In this document: in pieces, positions 21,875 through 32,452 of the stretch | Numbering within the stretch: the first letter of the stretch is position 1 | Layout of the letters: each line of letters begins with the position of its first letter | Origin: Verrucomicrobiota bacterium | GTDB taxonomy: Bacteria > Verrucomicrobiota > Verrucomicrobiia > Limisphaerales > CANJXF01 | Assembly (NCBI GenBank): GCA_038214755.1 | Contig: JBBQRQ010000007.1 | Location: 1-64,000, forward strand | Direction of reading: 5' to 3' | DNA: 64,000 nt | The notes under the pieces: model-generated | Told to the model about the DNA's origin: nothing | The model's database searches: none | The model's input: only the letters and a program-made list of their open reading frames with translations | Position numbers and translations under genes: made by a program

Positions 21875-23111
21875 GACAGTTCAAGCTCTCTTCCTCCATG
21901 ATTTTCCCTGGCACGCTATTAAACTCGCCACTACCCGGAACGAACGGAAACCGGTTTTTCAGTTGTTCGGTGACTATAATTCCAAGACCAGGGCTTTGCG
22001 GCGGAAGCACTCGTCCTTCCCGCATTTGAAACGAATCTCCCATCATTTCGCTGTGCAAAGGACCAAATGCTGGAGGCACCTCAACAATAAGGGTATTCTC
22101 ACAAGCGAAAGCGACGTGAATATTCTGCATGAGCGAAGCGCCTGATCCCCACGAATGGGTAGCGATTCGACGATCATGTTGAGCGAGCATATCCGCCACT
22201 TGCAGGACTTCCCCAAGACCACCGGTAAATGACGCATCGGGCTGACCAATGTCGAAGCAATCGCGTTCGACGAAAACTCGCCACTCATAGGTTCCGGTCA
22301 AGCATTCGCCACCCGCTATAGGAACTTCCGTGCTTCGGCATAATTCCGCGTAACCCTGGGGGTCAGTGTAGTGTAAGGGCTCTTCAAAGAACAATAACCT
22401 ATAAGACTCGACTGCCTTCATGACCGCTTGAGCTGTAGCCAGAGTCCAGGTTTTTGACGGGCTGTTCCCCATGTGCCCATCCAGCATCAACTCGATGCCG
22501 ATCCCAATTTTGCGGCGGACGAACTCCAACTTGCCGGCTTCAAAATCGGCGGCTTGGTTTGGATCGTCGCTAATGGTGAAGCCGTGATCTGTTGAAAATG
22601 CTCCAACGCCAAGCTTGATTCCCTTAAATCCAAGGGAGAGGTACAAATCCAATTTCGCTGCCAGCGAATCGATAGGATAATTCGATGGCCCACCAGAAGC
22701 ATAGGCGAGCAAGGAATCGTGTTTCAGTCCACCGAGCAATTCGTAAACAGGTTGGTTGTGCAGTTTGCCTTTCAAATCCCAAAGCGCAGCTTCAATACCA
22801 TTGAGCACCGCCAAGCCTAAACCGACGCGGCACCAGAAATTACCGCATTGATACATTCGACTCCACAACTCATCAATTCTGTCCACGCTTTGCCCCAGAA
22901 GGATCGGCTTAAAAAAATCGACAATCCCGGGCACAACCTCCGGACAGAAATACCCCGCATAGGTTTCACCTATCCCGGTAACATTCGTATCGGTATGGAT
23001 TTCAATTAACGCAACGCTTCGCCGCCGACGGCACTCGCTGATGAAGGGGTCCAGCGTAGCGGGGCCAGTCAGTAAGATGGTTCTTACGTCGATGATTTTC
23101 ACGTCTTTCAT
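21855..23111 (-). CDS. Mandelate racemase/muconate lactonizing enzyme family (sugar-acid dehydratase-like)
   Basis: IEAALWDLKGK, LMLDGH, FFEEP, IAGGE, QPD, ATHSW. Confidence 0.93.
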   Translation of the reverse strand: MKDVKIIDVRTILLTGPATLDPFISECRRRRSVALIEIHTDTNVTGIGETYAGYFCPEVVPGIVDFFKPILLGQSVDRIDELWSRMYQCGNFWCRVGLGLAVLNGIEAALWDLKGKLHNQPVYELLGGLKHDSLLAYASGGPSNYPIDSLAAKLDLYLSLGFKGIKLGVGAFSTDHGFTISDDPNQAADFEAGKLEFVRRKIGIGIELMLDGHMGNSPSKTWTLATAQAVMKAVESYRLLFFEEPLHYTDPQGYAELCRSTEVPIAGGECLTGTYEWRVFVERDCFDIGQPDASFTGGLGEVLQVADMLAQHDRRIATHSWGSGASLMQNIHVAFACENTLIVEVPPAFGPLHSEMMGDSFQMREGRVLPPQSPGLGIIVTEQLKNRFPFVPGSGEFNSVPGKIMEEESLNCHETNPD

Positions 23112-23152
23112 GAGGCGAACATTGGAAACATTGGATACAGCATACCGTCAAT

Positions 23153-24229
23153 CTAAGGCCCCTTCGCGGATGAATGCCTTGCAAGAATTTCCCTGTTACG
23201 ACTTGGAGCTTGGCGCACAGACTTTATCAATCCTGTCGCAGTTTCGTAAAACAGCATTTCAATTTGCTGTTGCGTCAGGCCAACCCGTCTTGCCGCGCGT
23301 CGCATGCCTCGAAGCTGTTCGTAGCGCGTAAAAGTCATGCGCGGGTCTGCATGAACCAGGCTCAGTGAATGGTTCTGTTCTGACAGAAAGGACCAAGCGA
23401 AACCAAAGGTGATGTATTTGCCCCGCATCACCCCAATCGGGATATCGTCGCTGCCGTACATTACTCTTTCAATGCCAATCTCAGAGTAAAGGGCATCAAA
23501 AGCATCTGTTTCGCACACCGATGAGGTATCGTACCAAATGTTTGGAAATGTCCGCAAACGCTTGGCCGCTTTTTCAATGGCCCATGAGGAATAGCTCCTG
23601 GCGCAATGAGCCAGAATCCACTTGGCGCCGGGGTACTGCTGAGTGAGGAAGTCCAGATCATCGATGTTTTCCGGATCCGCGATGGCATTTCGCTTCGATA
23701 AATGCATCATAATGATGAGACCGCGACGATGTGCCACCTCGATTTGGTGTCGTGGCAGGAAATCAGTGATGCGACATTCCACCACATCGCCCGTTACCGA
23801 ATAGGTGCGATAGGGTTTGAATCCCAGAAAGCCACAACGTTCCACCTCTGCCTCAAGAAAGTCCGCACTCATGGAAGGGTTAACCAGCATCAGTGCTCCT
23901 GAGGCCAAATCATGCTGTGTTTGTTTGAACACAAACTCATTTGAGGCACGGAAGTCGCATGAAGGCGAAAATGGAAAAGGAAATACCAGACGGCTTACTT
24001 CCCGGCCGGGCATCAGGAGTCGATCACAAGAATCCAGAGCTTCCCAATCAGCTTTCGGAAAATCCCGGCCGATAAAGTTGTAGGTAGCGCTATCATCCTT
24101 CTGGGGATCGGTGTTGAAGGTCCAACGGTAGGCATGGGTGTGAACATCAAAGACACGCTTCGGTACAAACTCTTCCAGCTCTTCCTGCCAAATACGGCGG
24201 TCCATGTCATTCAATTCAATGGTTTTCAT
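23153..24229 (-). CDS. Amidohydrolase family protein
   Basis: FDVHTH, MMHL, ILAHC, WYDTSS, MYGSD. Confidence 0.88.
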   Translation of the reverse strand: MKTIELNDMDRRIWQEELEEFVPKRVFDVHTHAYRWTFNTDPQKDDSATYNFIGRDFPKADWEALDSCDRLLMPGREVSRLVFPFPFSPSCDFRASNEFVFKQTQHDLASGALMLVNPSMSADFLEAEVERCGFLGFKPYRTYSVTGDVVECRITDFLPRHQIEVAHRRGLIIMMHLSKRNAIADPENIDDLDFLTQQYPGAKWILAHCARSYSSWAIEKAAKRLRTFPNIWYDTSSVCETDAFDALYSEIGIERVMYGSDDIPIGVMRGKYITFGFAWSFLSEQNHSLSLVHADPRMTFTRYEQLRGMRRAARRVGLTQQQIEMLFYETATGLIKSVRQAPSRNREILARHSSAKGP

Positions 24230-24311
24230 TTCGCGACGGCTACCACGGCATGCTGCTTTGACATTCGACTAAAGTCCTGCTTCATAAATGTCGCTGCGAT
24301 ACATCATTTGA

Positions 24312-25247
24312 TCAGGACTGATGCCATTTGAGCAAGAACTCTGCTCCCATCTGCCGCCACGAGTCGTCCACCGAGTGACCAGGCGCTGCCATCGCCGAAG
24401 AAATAAACTCGATCTTGGAAGTGCCACGACCCTTCCGAACATTCGCTTCCAGCAGATCGAGAAAGAATCGACTGCAGGTCAGCGCACTCACCCGATCATC
24501 TGAATTATTAATCACGAGGAAGATGGGCTTACCTGTCAGTTGCTCAACGTAGAGAGAAAGGTTTAGCTTCGGAAGATATTCGCGTTTTCGGTCGGCGGCA
24601 AACTCAGCAAGAACACCCCAATCTGTCACCGGCGCGATTGCTGCCACAGCGGCCACGCGCGTATCGACCGCGAGCAACCGCAACGCCAGATAACCGGAGC
24701 GGGAAATGCCATAGATCACAATCCGTCCGGGATCTGCCAACCCAGCCTCGATACTCCAACTGATAACTGCGGAAGCCTCCTTCACGAACATCGTAAACGG
24801 GTCTTTGCCATCAACGAAAGCATTGCGCCAACCCACCAGTCCCTCCCCGTATTTGTCCGCGCGCGTGCCTTGGTTTGGAAGGTCGAAGCTCAACACTCGG
24901 TGTCCTTGTTTCAAAAATAGATTCGCGGCCAGCAAGTAAGGATGAACCGTCAACGAAACTTCACGGCTCGTCGAAAGGTTCAACAGCAAGAGGGGTTTGG
25001 CCGCTAGTCGTTCTGGCTGGGGAGAAATGAGCCGGGGGATGATGGTATGGCCATCGACTTCGACTTTAAATTCTTGAGAGACAACAGGGCCAACCTGTTC
25101 CTTCTTGTTCTGCCCGAGCGCTTGAGTTTCTTTGCTTAAGGCTGAGTACTGTGGCAAGACAGCTAGGCTCGATTGGATCAAAAGTCCGGAGCCGCCGACG
25201 CCTTGCAGGAAATTCCGTCGGGTAATATGACCTTCCCTATTTGTCAT
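24312..25247 (-). CDS. Tat-exported alpha/beta hydrolase
   Basis: TRRNFLQ signal, FDLPNQG, GISRSG nucleophile elbow, D-D-R-V, GH; start at MTNREG. Confidence 0.8.
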   Translation of the reverse strand: MTNREGHITRRNFLQGVGGSGLLIQSSLAVLPQYSALSKETQALGQNKKEQVGPVVSQEFKVEVDGHTIIPRLISPQPERLAAKPLLLLNLSTSREVSLTVHPYLLAANLFLKQGHRVLSFDLPNQGTRADKYGEGLVGWRNAFVDGKDPFTMFVKEASAVISWSIEAGLADPGRIVIYGISRSGYLALRLLAVDTRVAAVAAIAPVTDWGVLAEFAADRKREYLPKLNLSLYVEQLTGKPIFLVINNSDDRVSALTCSRFFLDLLEANVRKGRGTSKIEFISSAMAAPGHSVDDSWRQMGAEFLLKWHQS

Positions 25248-25310
25248 GACTCTTGCGTAGAGGATGAATATTCCTAGCTCAAACCTGTAGACTAGAGTCA
25301 AGTTCAGTCC

Positions 25311-25814
25311 TCATGGTAAACTTGGCTTGGGATGAGGGCATCCACCTTTCGCTTTCCCAGCTTCCATGATCTGCGAGCCTTCGTTGCTCAATTTTAGAAA
25401 CCATCGTTCCTCCTCCAGTGAACTGACAAGTATCCCATTCTTTCTACTCTCCAACGCAAAACCAATAGTCGATTGTCCACCGCCCCGCTTCATTTCCTCC
25501 TCAACTTGCCGCTTTACTTCAGGAGTGAATGTTTCCAAGAAGGCAATGAAATTTGTCGGCTTTGAATTAGCATCGCATATGAAAACGTAAGCGCGCACGC
25601 CGGTTCCAGGACCAGACTTGGTGTCAATCGGCGGCACGCTCATATCGGAGGTAGGGAATAATTGATGCGTTTTCAAATTGTAAAACCAAATATTCCCCTT
25701 CGGTCGCTTGTTCGCGTTAAAGCTCCGCGTGATAAGGAAATAGCCAGCGGCAGCGATGCATAACACGGCCAAGGTCACCGTCAGTTTGGGCCAACGATCG
25801 ATAAGGTTACTCAT
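25311..25814 (-). CDS. Membrane-anchored hypothetical protein
   Basis: 167-aa ORF with a single N-terminal TM helix; WFYNL.T..LF...PP and VRAYVF.C motifs. Confidence 0.7.
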   Translation of the reverse strand: MSNLIDRWPKLTVTLAVLCIAAAGYFLITRSFNANKRPKGNIWFYNLKTHQLFPTSDMSVPPIDTKSGPGTGVRAYVFICDANSKPTNFIAFLETFTPEVKRQVEEEMKRGGGQSTIGFALESRKNGILVSSLEEERWFLKLSNEGSQIMEAGKAKGGCPHPKPSLP

Positions 25815-25939
25815 AATTCAAATATTGAGGTTAATGAGGACGGTCCGTTTAGGTTTACTTCTTCGTGAAACGAATTAATCACTCCAAGGTTCTTGGTTGT
25901 TATCATGACTAAGGGCGCATTTTTTTTTCAAAGGATCGA

Positions 25940-27268
25940 TCATTTCATTTCTTCCACATGCGCAAAGATAGCACGGCGCAGGGCTTCAAAACCTTGGCGC
26001 GAAATGCCGTGGCCACCCACTGGATCGTTGAAGATTTCCTTTTTTCCAGGCAGATTGTTATAGGCTGCATAGATACTTGTCGGTGGGCAAACCGTGTCGA
26101 TGAAGCCGACGCCAATGATTCCTGCCGCTTTAGTGCGCGTGGCGAAGTTCATCGCGTCGAAGTAACGCGCAGTTTCGATTACGCTGGGATGCGGCTTACC
26201 ATCGGGACCGAGAGGATAAAGGATTTTTGGCCATCCGCCCACGCGGCCTGCAACACTGCCCGTAAGATCGCATAGTCCGGTAACGTTCGCCGCGAAAAAT
26301 GTCACGCGGGGATCAAGACCAGCGGCGACGAAAGCTTGCGCGCCACCCTGGCTTCTACCGTGCGTGATTACCGTGCGTCCGTCCCACTCTGGTTGCGAGG
26401 CGAGAAAGTCATTCGCCCGGACCAGGCGGAGGAGCATGCCCAGCCAATAACTCTTCTCGCGCGATTCGCGGCCAAATCGGGGATAGTCCTTCAAATCGCC
26501 AGCCGCGAGATCAGCATAGAACTTATCCGGCTTGCCGTTGGGAAGGCCATGGGCGTTGATGTCGAGGGCTAGAAAATTTTCTTTCGCCCAACTCACCGCA
26601 TTAGTGAGGTCCGATCCACTCACACCCACAACGTGAGTGAGAAGGATTATCGGCAAACTCTTCGGCTTCGCTCCAACGGGCCGTGCGAAGTAACCGGACA
26701 CGGGTGCTCCAACACAATCAGCTTGCAGATCGAAACACACAATGCTGGCCGCAGGAGATTTTACCGACGTGAGGCGCGGATTGATGGGGACCGCTGCCAG
26801 TTTCTTTTTTTGTGCAGACCAGAATGGGTCAAAGTCGTCCGGCACCGGTAAGCTTGGTTTGATTTGCAACGGATCAATGGCAGCGCCAGCTATTGCTGCG
26901 ATCTTCTTATCTGGCGTCTGAAACGCGGCATTGAGTTGCAAAAAACCAGGTTCATCCAGTTTACCGGTAACTGTGGCTGTGCCTGCCTTGAGTTGTACTG
27001 TACACAAGTGCGACGGAGGCACGCCATCTTTTGAAGTATTCCATTGCACTTCAGCGTCATTTACCGGTTCGTTATCGTGCAGCAACTTGATCGTGAAGGT
27101 GACCGTCTCGCCTTGCTTGTAAATTCCATTCGTGCGGTCCGCGACAACCGTTAGCACGTAAGCCTTGGATAACTTTCCTCCTTGCGCGTGAAGAACAGGA
27201 ACTGGCGCGGAGATAACGAGAATAACTGCTACGAAGATCAAACATCTGAATAAAGAAGAGGGTTTCAT
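25940..27268 (-). CDS. Acetylxylan esterase (AXE1/CE7-like)
   Basis: PDDFDPFW, GRSQGG, GFIDTVCPP, YN.L...K, GH. Confidence 0.92.
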   Translation of the reverse strand: MKPSSLFRCLIFVAVILVISAPVPVLHAQGGKLSKAYVLTVVADRTNGIYKQGETVTFTIKLLHDNEPVNDAEVQWNTSKDGVPPSHLCTVQLKAGTATVTGKLDEPGFLQLNAAFQTPDKKIAAIAGAAIDPLQIKPSLPVPDDFDPFWSAQKKKLAAVPINPRLTSVKSPAASIVCFDLQADCVGAPVSGYFARPVGAKPKSLPIILLTHVVGVSGSDLTNAVSWAKENFLALDINAHGLPNGKPDKFYADLAAGDLKDYPRFGRESREKSYWLGMLLRLVRANDFLASQPEWDGRTVITHGRSQGGAQAFVAAGLDPRVTFFAANVTGLCDLTGSVAGRVGGWPKILYPLGPDGKPHPSVIETARYFDAMNFATRTKAAGIIGVGFIDTVCPPTSIYAAYNNLPGKKEIFNDPVGGHGISRQGFEALRRAIFAHVEEMK

Positions 27269-27281
27269 ACCGGGATTTGAA

Positions 27282-28517
27282 TTAAGGTAAGGACCGGTTG
27301 CGCGGTTTCACTAGAAGCAGCAGCCCGGCGCACACTGCTAAACCAGTCGCACCGAACAGAAAGAGCTTGCTAACGTCCACCTTTGCGTCGCGCAATGCAC
27401 CACCCGCGTAAATCGTTGCGCCGCCGACGAGAGAAGCAAAAAGGTTCAACACCCCCAAGCCGGTCGCGCGATAACGCGGATCATCAATCAGACAGACGAT
27501 TGGCATCAACTCGGTGTCAGCAAACGAGCGCGTCAATCCATAAAGCACAAGGCCGCAGATCGCAAACGGAAGCAGGTCCGTGCTCGACAGGAGCAAAATG
27601 CCGGGCGTTGCGGCGCACAGCCCAATTACCGACACGAAAATGCACGCACGCTTATTGGTGAGACTCCAGCGATCGGCCCACGCGCCGCCCACCAGCAAGC
27701 CGAGCAGTGATGCTACGTTGAGATAAATGGTCGCCAACAGACCAGCTGTGCCCTGCGTGAGATGAAAGTGTTCTTTTAGATAGGTGGGCATCCAGCCGAC
27801 TATCATCCAACCCGCGAGGCCAAGCAGACCAAAGTAAATCAGCATGAGGATAAACGCGCCGCGACTGAACAGGCTTGTGATCGCTTCGCCGAGCCGAACT
27901 TTTTGCCCTGTGTCCGTTTGCGGGATTGCGTCGGCACTCTGCCGAGGCACATCACGTAACAATAGAATGAGCACGACCGAGAAGACGATACCAATAAGGC
28001 CGAATAGGCTGAACGCATAACCCCAGCCGTGTCGCTCGGCGAGCCAGCCGCCTAACCCGCCCAAGCCTGAGCCGACCCGGACGCTGCCTAGAAAAATACC
28101 GGTCGCGAGCGAGCGTGTAGCAGTCTGGTGATAATCCGCGACGAGCGCAAGCCCTGCCGGGATGAAGCACGCTTCGCTGATCCCCATTAGTAATCGGGTC
28201 GCAAGCAACTGCTCATAGTTCTTCGCGTGCGCGGTCAACCATGTGATGAGCGACCAGACCAATAAGCTCACGATGATGACGCGGGAGCGGTTAAACCTGT
28301 CGGCCAAAAAACCGGCAAAAGGACTCAACAAGGCGTAAACCAATAAAAACGACGTGGTAAGGAGTCCGAACTGCGCCTCGGTCATTGGGATCGCCTCATT
28401 CAACGAACTACGCATCGTCGTGATCATCACGCGATCAAGGTAATTGAGACATCCGACCACCCAAAGGAGTGCTACGACCAACCATGCTCGCGAAGGCAGC
28501 TTAGTGTCAGGTATCAT
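27282..28517 (-). CDS. MFS transporter (Spinster/sugar-acid-like)
   Basis: LNYLDR, GFLADRFNR, about 12 hydrophobic segments. Confidence 0.95.
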   Translation of the reverse strand: MIPDTKLPSRAWLVVALLWVVGCLNYLDRVMITTMRSSLNEAIPMTEAQFGLLTTSFLLVYALLSPFAGFLADRFNRSRVIIVSLLVWSLITWLTAHAKNYEQLLATRLLMGISEACFIPAGLALVADYHQTATRSLATGIFLGSVRVGSGLGGLGGWLAERHGWGYAFSLFGLIGIVFSVVLILLLRDVPRQSADAIPQTDTGQKVRLGEAITSLFSRGAFILMLIYFGLLGLAGWMIVGWMPTYLKEHFHLTQGTAGLLATIYLNVASLLGLLVGGAWADRWSLTNKRACIFVSVIGLCAATPGILLLSSTDLLPFAICGLVLYGLTRSFADTELMPIVCLIDDPRYRATGLGVLNLFASLVGGATIYAGGALRDAKVDVSKLFLFGATGLAVCAGLLLLVKPRNRSLP

Positions 28518-28600
28518 GAGAGTGACGTTAATGAGCCGAAGTTCGAGGACATAGTGCGCGGCTAATAAAGGCCATCATTAAACAGGCTATTTACTCCCAC

Positions 28601-31600
28601 TCATTTCCGTAATTCTTCCGCAGTCCAAGCGGTCTCTCGGTTCGCAGTGGTAACGCGGACGTCGTTTACGTCGGTGGCTAAAACCGGCGGAGCATCTGGT
28701 CCGAAGTCGGCGCGAATGAACGTCAGCACGTCCGCGATCTGCTGGTCGTCCAGCCCGGCCATCGAGGGCATTGGTATGGGGTTCTGCATCACGAACGGTT
28801 GGCCAGCGACCGTAAGCGTGCCATTGAGGCCATGCAAAAGAATCTTGATAAGATTCTCCTTGTCGCCACGCACCCAATCGCTGCGAACAAGTGGCGGGTA
28901 GGTATTAGGCAGACCCTTGCCGTCAGGCTGGTGGCATGGCAAGCAAGCCATTTCGTAAACAACCTTACCAGGCGAAGGTGGCACTCGAGGTGTGCTGGCA
29001 AGTTTGCGGACGTAATCAGCCTGGGTGGCGCTACCACCGAAAGTTAGACGGTGGGCCGCCAGCGCCGGTCCCCACTGCGGTTGCAGGGCGCGGATGCTTT
29101 GAACCAGCGCGTAGTCAATGAAACGATCACGCGGAGCTTCGATCGCTTGCGTGATGACTTCCACGGCTTCCGATTTCATAACGTAACTGGCCGCGACAAT
29201 AGCTTCGAGTCGGACGCGCGGATGCCCGTCACGGATGCACTCGCACAACAGCGCCAACGGGTCAGCCAAGCGATCAGCCCACGCGCCGATCACGCGTGCG
29301 CCATAGGCCCGGACACGCGGGTCTTTTGCCGCGAGCAGCTTTGCCAGAAGAGCAGGCCGAACTGTCTCATGCGCCTCGAAGACACCTATCACTTCGAGTA
29401 ACAATCGTTCATAGTCTGCCATGGCAGGCTCAAGCGTCGCCACCCAGTCGTCAGCGGCTTTCAGCACATCGGTCGACGGAGTATCGAAGAGAAGTCTTTT
29501 GGCTTGATAGCGCGTCCAGCGTTCGGGCGAGCGGAGCTGTTCGAGCAATTCGACGGGCTTCATCGCAGCAAGATTGGGCTGCTTGACTGGCTCGCGGCCT
29601 TTCGCCGAAATGCGCCAGATGCGGCCATGTGTCTTGTCGCGGCGCGGATCGGCGTAGCTGGCCTGGTAGTGGCCAATGATAGGATTGAACCAGTCCGCCA
29701 CGTAAATCGCGCCGTCCGGACCGATGCTCACATCCACCGGTCGGAACGCAGCCGTGGACGACTTTAGCAGCTTGGGCAACTGCGTGGTCTTGAAGCCCGA
29801 CCCGTCGTCGTGGAAGCGATGCAGTTCGACCACGTTGTCGAAATAGCCGCCAATGACCGCGCATCCTTGAACATCATCCGGCAGCGCCCGTGTGCCGATG
29901 ATATCCAGCGACGTTGTCTTTAAAGTAGTCGCGAAGAGCGAGCCGAAAGGGTGATATTCGTCGGGGTTCGCCAGTCTCACCATACCCGGCACGGTATAGT
30001 AGCCCTCGGGCCGGTCTCCGGACTTGTGGAAGACTTGGTTGTAGTCGTCGAACGCGACGCCCCAGCAATTGGCGCCGGCTTTACCACCGCCGAAAAAGCC
30101 GTCGAGACGCAGCGTGCGCGGACGCAACCGCCACACCGCCGCCTTGTCGAGCCGTGCAATTCCCCATGGCGTCTCGACGCGCGAGAAAGCGTGCAGGCCT
30201 TGCGTGAACCATAGGCTGCCGTCCGGTCCGTGCGTGATGGAATTAATGAGCTGGTGCGTGTCGCCAACGCCAAAGCCGGAAAACATCAAACGGCGCGAGT
30301 CGGCGCGGCCATCGCCGTCCGTGTCGCGTAGATGCACAAGCTGGTCAAAGTCGCACACGTAAAGTCCGCCATCGCCAAGCTCCAAACCCTGCACCATGGT
30401 CAGCCCTTCTGCGAAGCGGCGCGACTTGTTCGCGCGTCCACCCCCGTTGGTATCTTCGAGAAGGACAATGTAATCCGCCGGCTTCGCGCTCGCGTGCGTT
30501 TGTGGATACGTTGGCGAGCAGGCCACGTAGAGGCGCCCGCGCTCGTCCCACGAGATTTGAGTGGGCTTCGCCACGCCCTCGCGCTCGGAGGCAAACAGAT
30601 TCACCTCATAGCCCTCGGCCACCGTGAACGTGGCGAGTTCCGCCTTGGGAGACATCACTTCCAATTCAGGCGACGGGGCCAACTTCGGTTCCGGAATTGA
30701 AGCCACCTTCTCGCCGCGAGTGAGTGCGTGAATCTGCCGATCCGCCTCGGTCACGAGCGGCTTGTAGTTTTCGAAATTTTCCCTCAACGAAGGCATGGAG
30801 CCGCCCGCCTTGCCATACATCTGCGCAACACGATCACCATAGACGAACGACCAATTAGCCGGACGCCAGCAGTCGAACCACAACCGGTTCTTCTCCACGA
30901 TGGCGACGCGTAGGGGATCAAGTTCCTTTGACCACTTGGCCTCTGCGCCCAGTTGGCGGGCGAAAACGTGCGCCACTTCTCGCAGTCCATCGGCGGTCAG
31001 ATGAAGTCCGTCCTCCGTAAGCCGAGATGAATTCGCGCGCCGTTTTGATAGGGGCGTGAATAAATCAACAAACACTGCGCCGCGTTGCTTGGCGATGTCG
31101 CGCATGACATTTGCGTAAGTGCCCACATCGGAATTACGCTTGCTAATGTCCGGCGCGTGCGACGCCGTTGGCTTCTCAAAGGGCATCGGCGATACGAGCA
31201 CCAGCCGCCGCGTCCGCGCGGCGAATTGGTCGAGCAGTCGGTGATACGCTGCTGAAAACTCCGGCAGCCGTCCAACGCCATCCAGCGCCTCGATTTGCCC
31301 GAACTGCGCTACCACGATGGTCGCGCCGGCCGTCTCCAACTGCCGCGTCCACGAGCCGAAATTCAGGTCGCGCCATTGCTCATAAACCGTGTCGCCCTCC
31401 CACGCCATTGAGCGAAAGCGCGGGCGCTTGGCCGCGAAGCTCGACGCGAGCAATGCCTCCAGTTCACCCGACTTCTGCTCGCGAATAAAATTCTCCTGAC
31501 CAGCGAAGATTATAACTTCGTTTTCCTCCAGACTGAATTTGCCTTGCGTGAACGACCGGGGCGTCCAGTTAGGCTGCCTCTCGGCAAACCGGTTGAGTAT

Positions 31601-32251
31601 TTCAGGCTCCGACGGCACGACAGGATCGGGTAACAGGTCAATCGTGATGTTGCGGAAGGAAATCTCTGCCTTGCAATTACCGTGAATTTGCAAAGCGATG
31701 AGGCCATCGGTTTCGATGCCCGGCTCGCGCTCCGAGTAAGAGACTGTTCGCTGTCCATTGATTAAGAGCATGATTTGCGGTCCGATGGCGACGATTTCGT
31801 AAGAGTTCCAGTCACCTGGCTTTTCGACCTTCGCAATCAATTCCTTCTCCGCTGTTGCGAGTGTCTTTTTCCGCCGGGACTCATCATAAAGGGAGCCGGA
31901 ATTACCGGCGCCAATGTCCGCCTGGTAGCCGGACATTTCATTGGATGGTTGCGAAATGCGCTTGCTGCGGAACTGCACGCCTCCGTTCACGAAGCCCTCG
32001 GTGCCGACCAGCTTGTATTCAAGCTTGAGATGGAAGTTCCGGTAGCTCTTGCGTGTGGCTAGAAACTCATTGCGGGGATTGCCTTCCAACGACCCGCCTA
32101 CGATTGCGCCGTCTCGCACGCGCCAGACCTGTTTCGTCTCGCCTTCCCAGCCGGCTAACGACTTGCCATCAAAGAGCGGCAACGGTGTCGCATTGACAAT
32201 GGCAATGAGTAGCACAAAGTGAAACAAAGGAAGATAATGACGCCACTTCAT
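28601..32251 (-). CDS. PVC-type heme-binding dehydrogenase-like fusion (DUF1080 + SGNH + beta-propeller + HEAT + cytochrome c)
   Basis: LFDGKSLAGW...IALQIH; DGLHL; LFASE, FRPVD, YVADW; CLPCH...MP. Confidence 0.9.
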   Translation of the reverse strand: MKWRHYLPLFHFVLLIAIVNATPLPLFDGKSLAGWEGETKQVWRVRDGAIVGGSLEGNPRNEFLATRKSYRNFHLKLEYKLVGTEGFVNGGVQFRSKRISQPSNEMSGYQADIGAGNSGSLYDESRRKKTLATAEKELIAKVEKPGDWNSYEIVAIGPQIMLLINGQRTVSYSEREPGIETDGLIALQIHGNCKAEISFRNITIDLLPDPVVPSEPEILNRFAERQPNWTPRSFTQGKFSLEENEVIIFAGQENFIREQKSGELEALLASSFAAKRPRFRSMAWEGDTVYEQWRDLNFGSWTRQLETAGATIVVAQFGQIEALDGVGRLPEFSAAYHRLLDQFAARTRRLVLVSPMPFEKPTASHAPDISKRNSDVGTYANVMRDIAKQRGAVFVDLFTPLSKRRANSSRLTEDGLHLTADGLREVAHVFARQLGAEAKWSKELDPLRVAIVEKNRLWFDCWRPANWSFVYGDRVAQMYGKAGGSMPSLRENFENYKPLVTEADRQIHALTRGEKVASIPEPKLAPSPELEVMSPKAELATFTVAEGYEVNLFASEREGVAKPTQISWDERGRLYVACSPTYPQTHASAKPADYIVLLEDTNGGGRANKSRRFAEGLTMVQGLELGDGGLYVCDFDQLVHLRDTDGDGRADSRRLMFSGFGVGDTHQLINSITHGPDGSLWFTQGLHAFSRVETPWGIARLDKAAVWRLRPRTLRLDGFFGGGKAGANCWGVAFDDYNQVFHKSGDRPEGYYTVPGMVRLANPDEYHPFGSLFATTLKTTSLDIIGTRALPDDVQGCAVIGGYFDNVVELHRFHDDGSGFKTTQLPKLLKSSTAAFRPVDVSIGPDGAIYVADWFNPIIGHYQASYADPRRDKTHGRIWRISAKGREPVKQPNLAAMKPVELLEQLRSPERWTRYQAKRLLFDTPSTDVLKAADDWVATLEPAMADYERLLLEVIGVFEAHETVRPALLAKLLAAKDPRVRAYGARVIGAWADRLADPLALLCECIRDGHPRVRLEAIVAASYVMKSEAVEVITQAIEAPRDRFIDYALVQSIRALQPQWGPALAAHRLTFGGSATQADYVRKLASTPRVPPSPGKVVYEMACLPCHQPDGKGLPNTYPPLVRSDWVRGDKENLIKILLHGLNGTLTVAGQPFVMQNPIPMPSMAGLDDQQIADVLTFIRADFGPDAPPVLATDVNDVRVTTANRETAWTAEELRK

Positions 32252-32452
32252 AGATATGATTCAAATGACAGTGCAGGCGTTGTTGTGGGAAGATTTCTTG
32301 TGCAAGATATTCTTCGCTGTCTTGAAGACTTTTAGCAGCTTGACGAACAACTGATTGGCAATCGGCTCCATGTCAACTCAGCGCAGCCGTTCATGCTTGG
32401 CGGGTTCCCGAACGAGTCTTTGCGTCCACCTGGATGATACTAAAAAAGCTCA

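Noticed and set aside
23118..23135. Tandem AACATTGGA x2 before the enolase-family gene
   Set aside because: Two copies of 9 bp are compatible with chance or slippage
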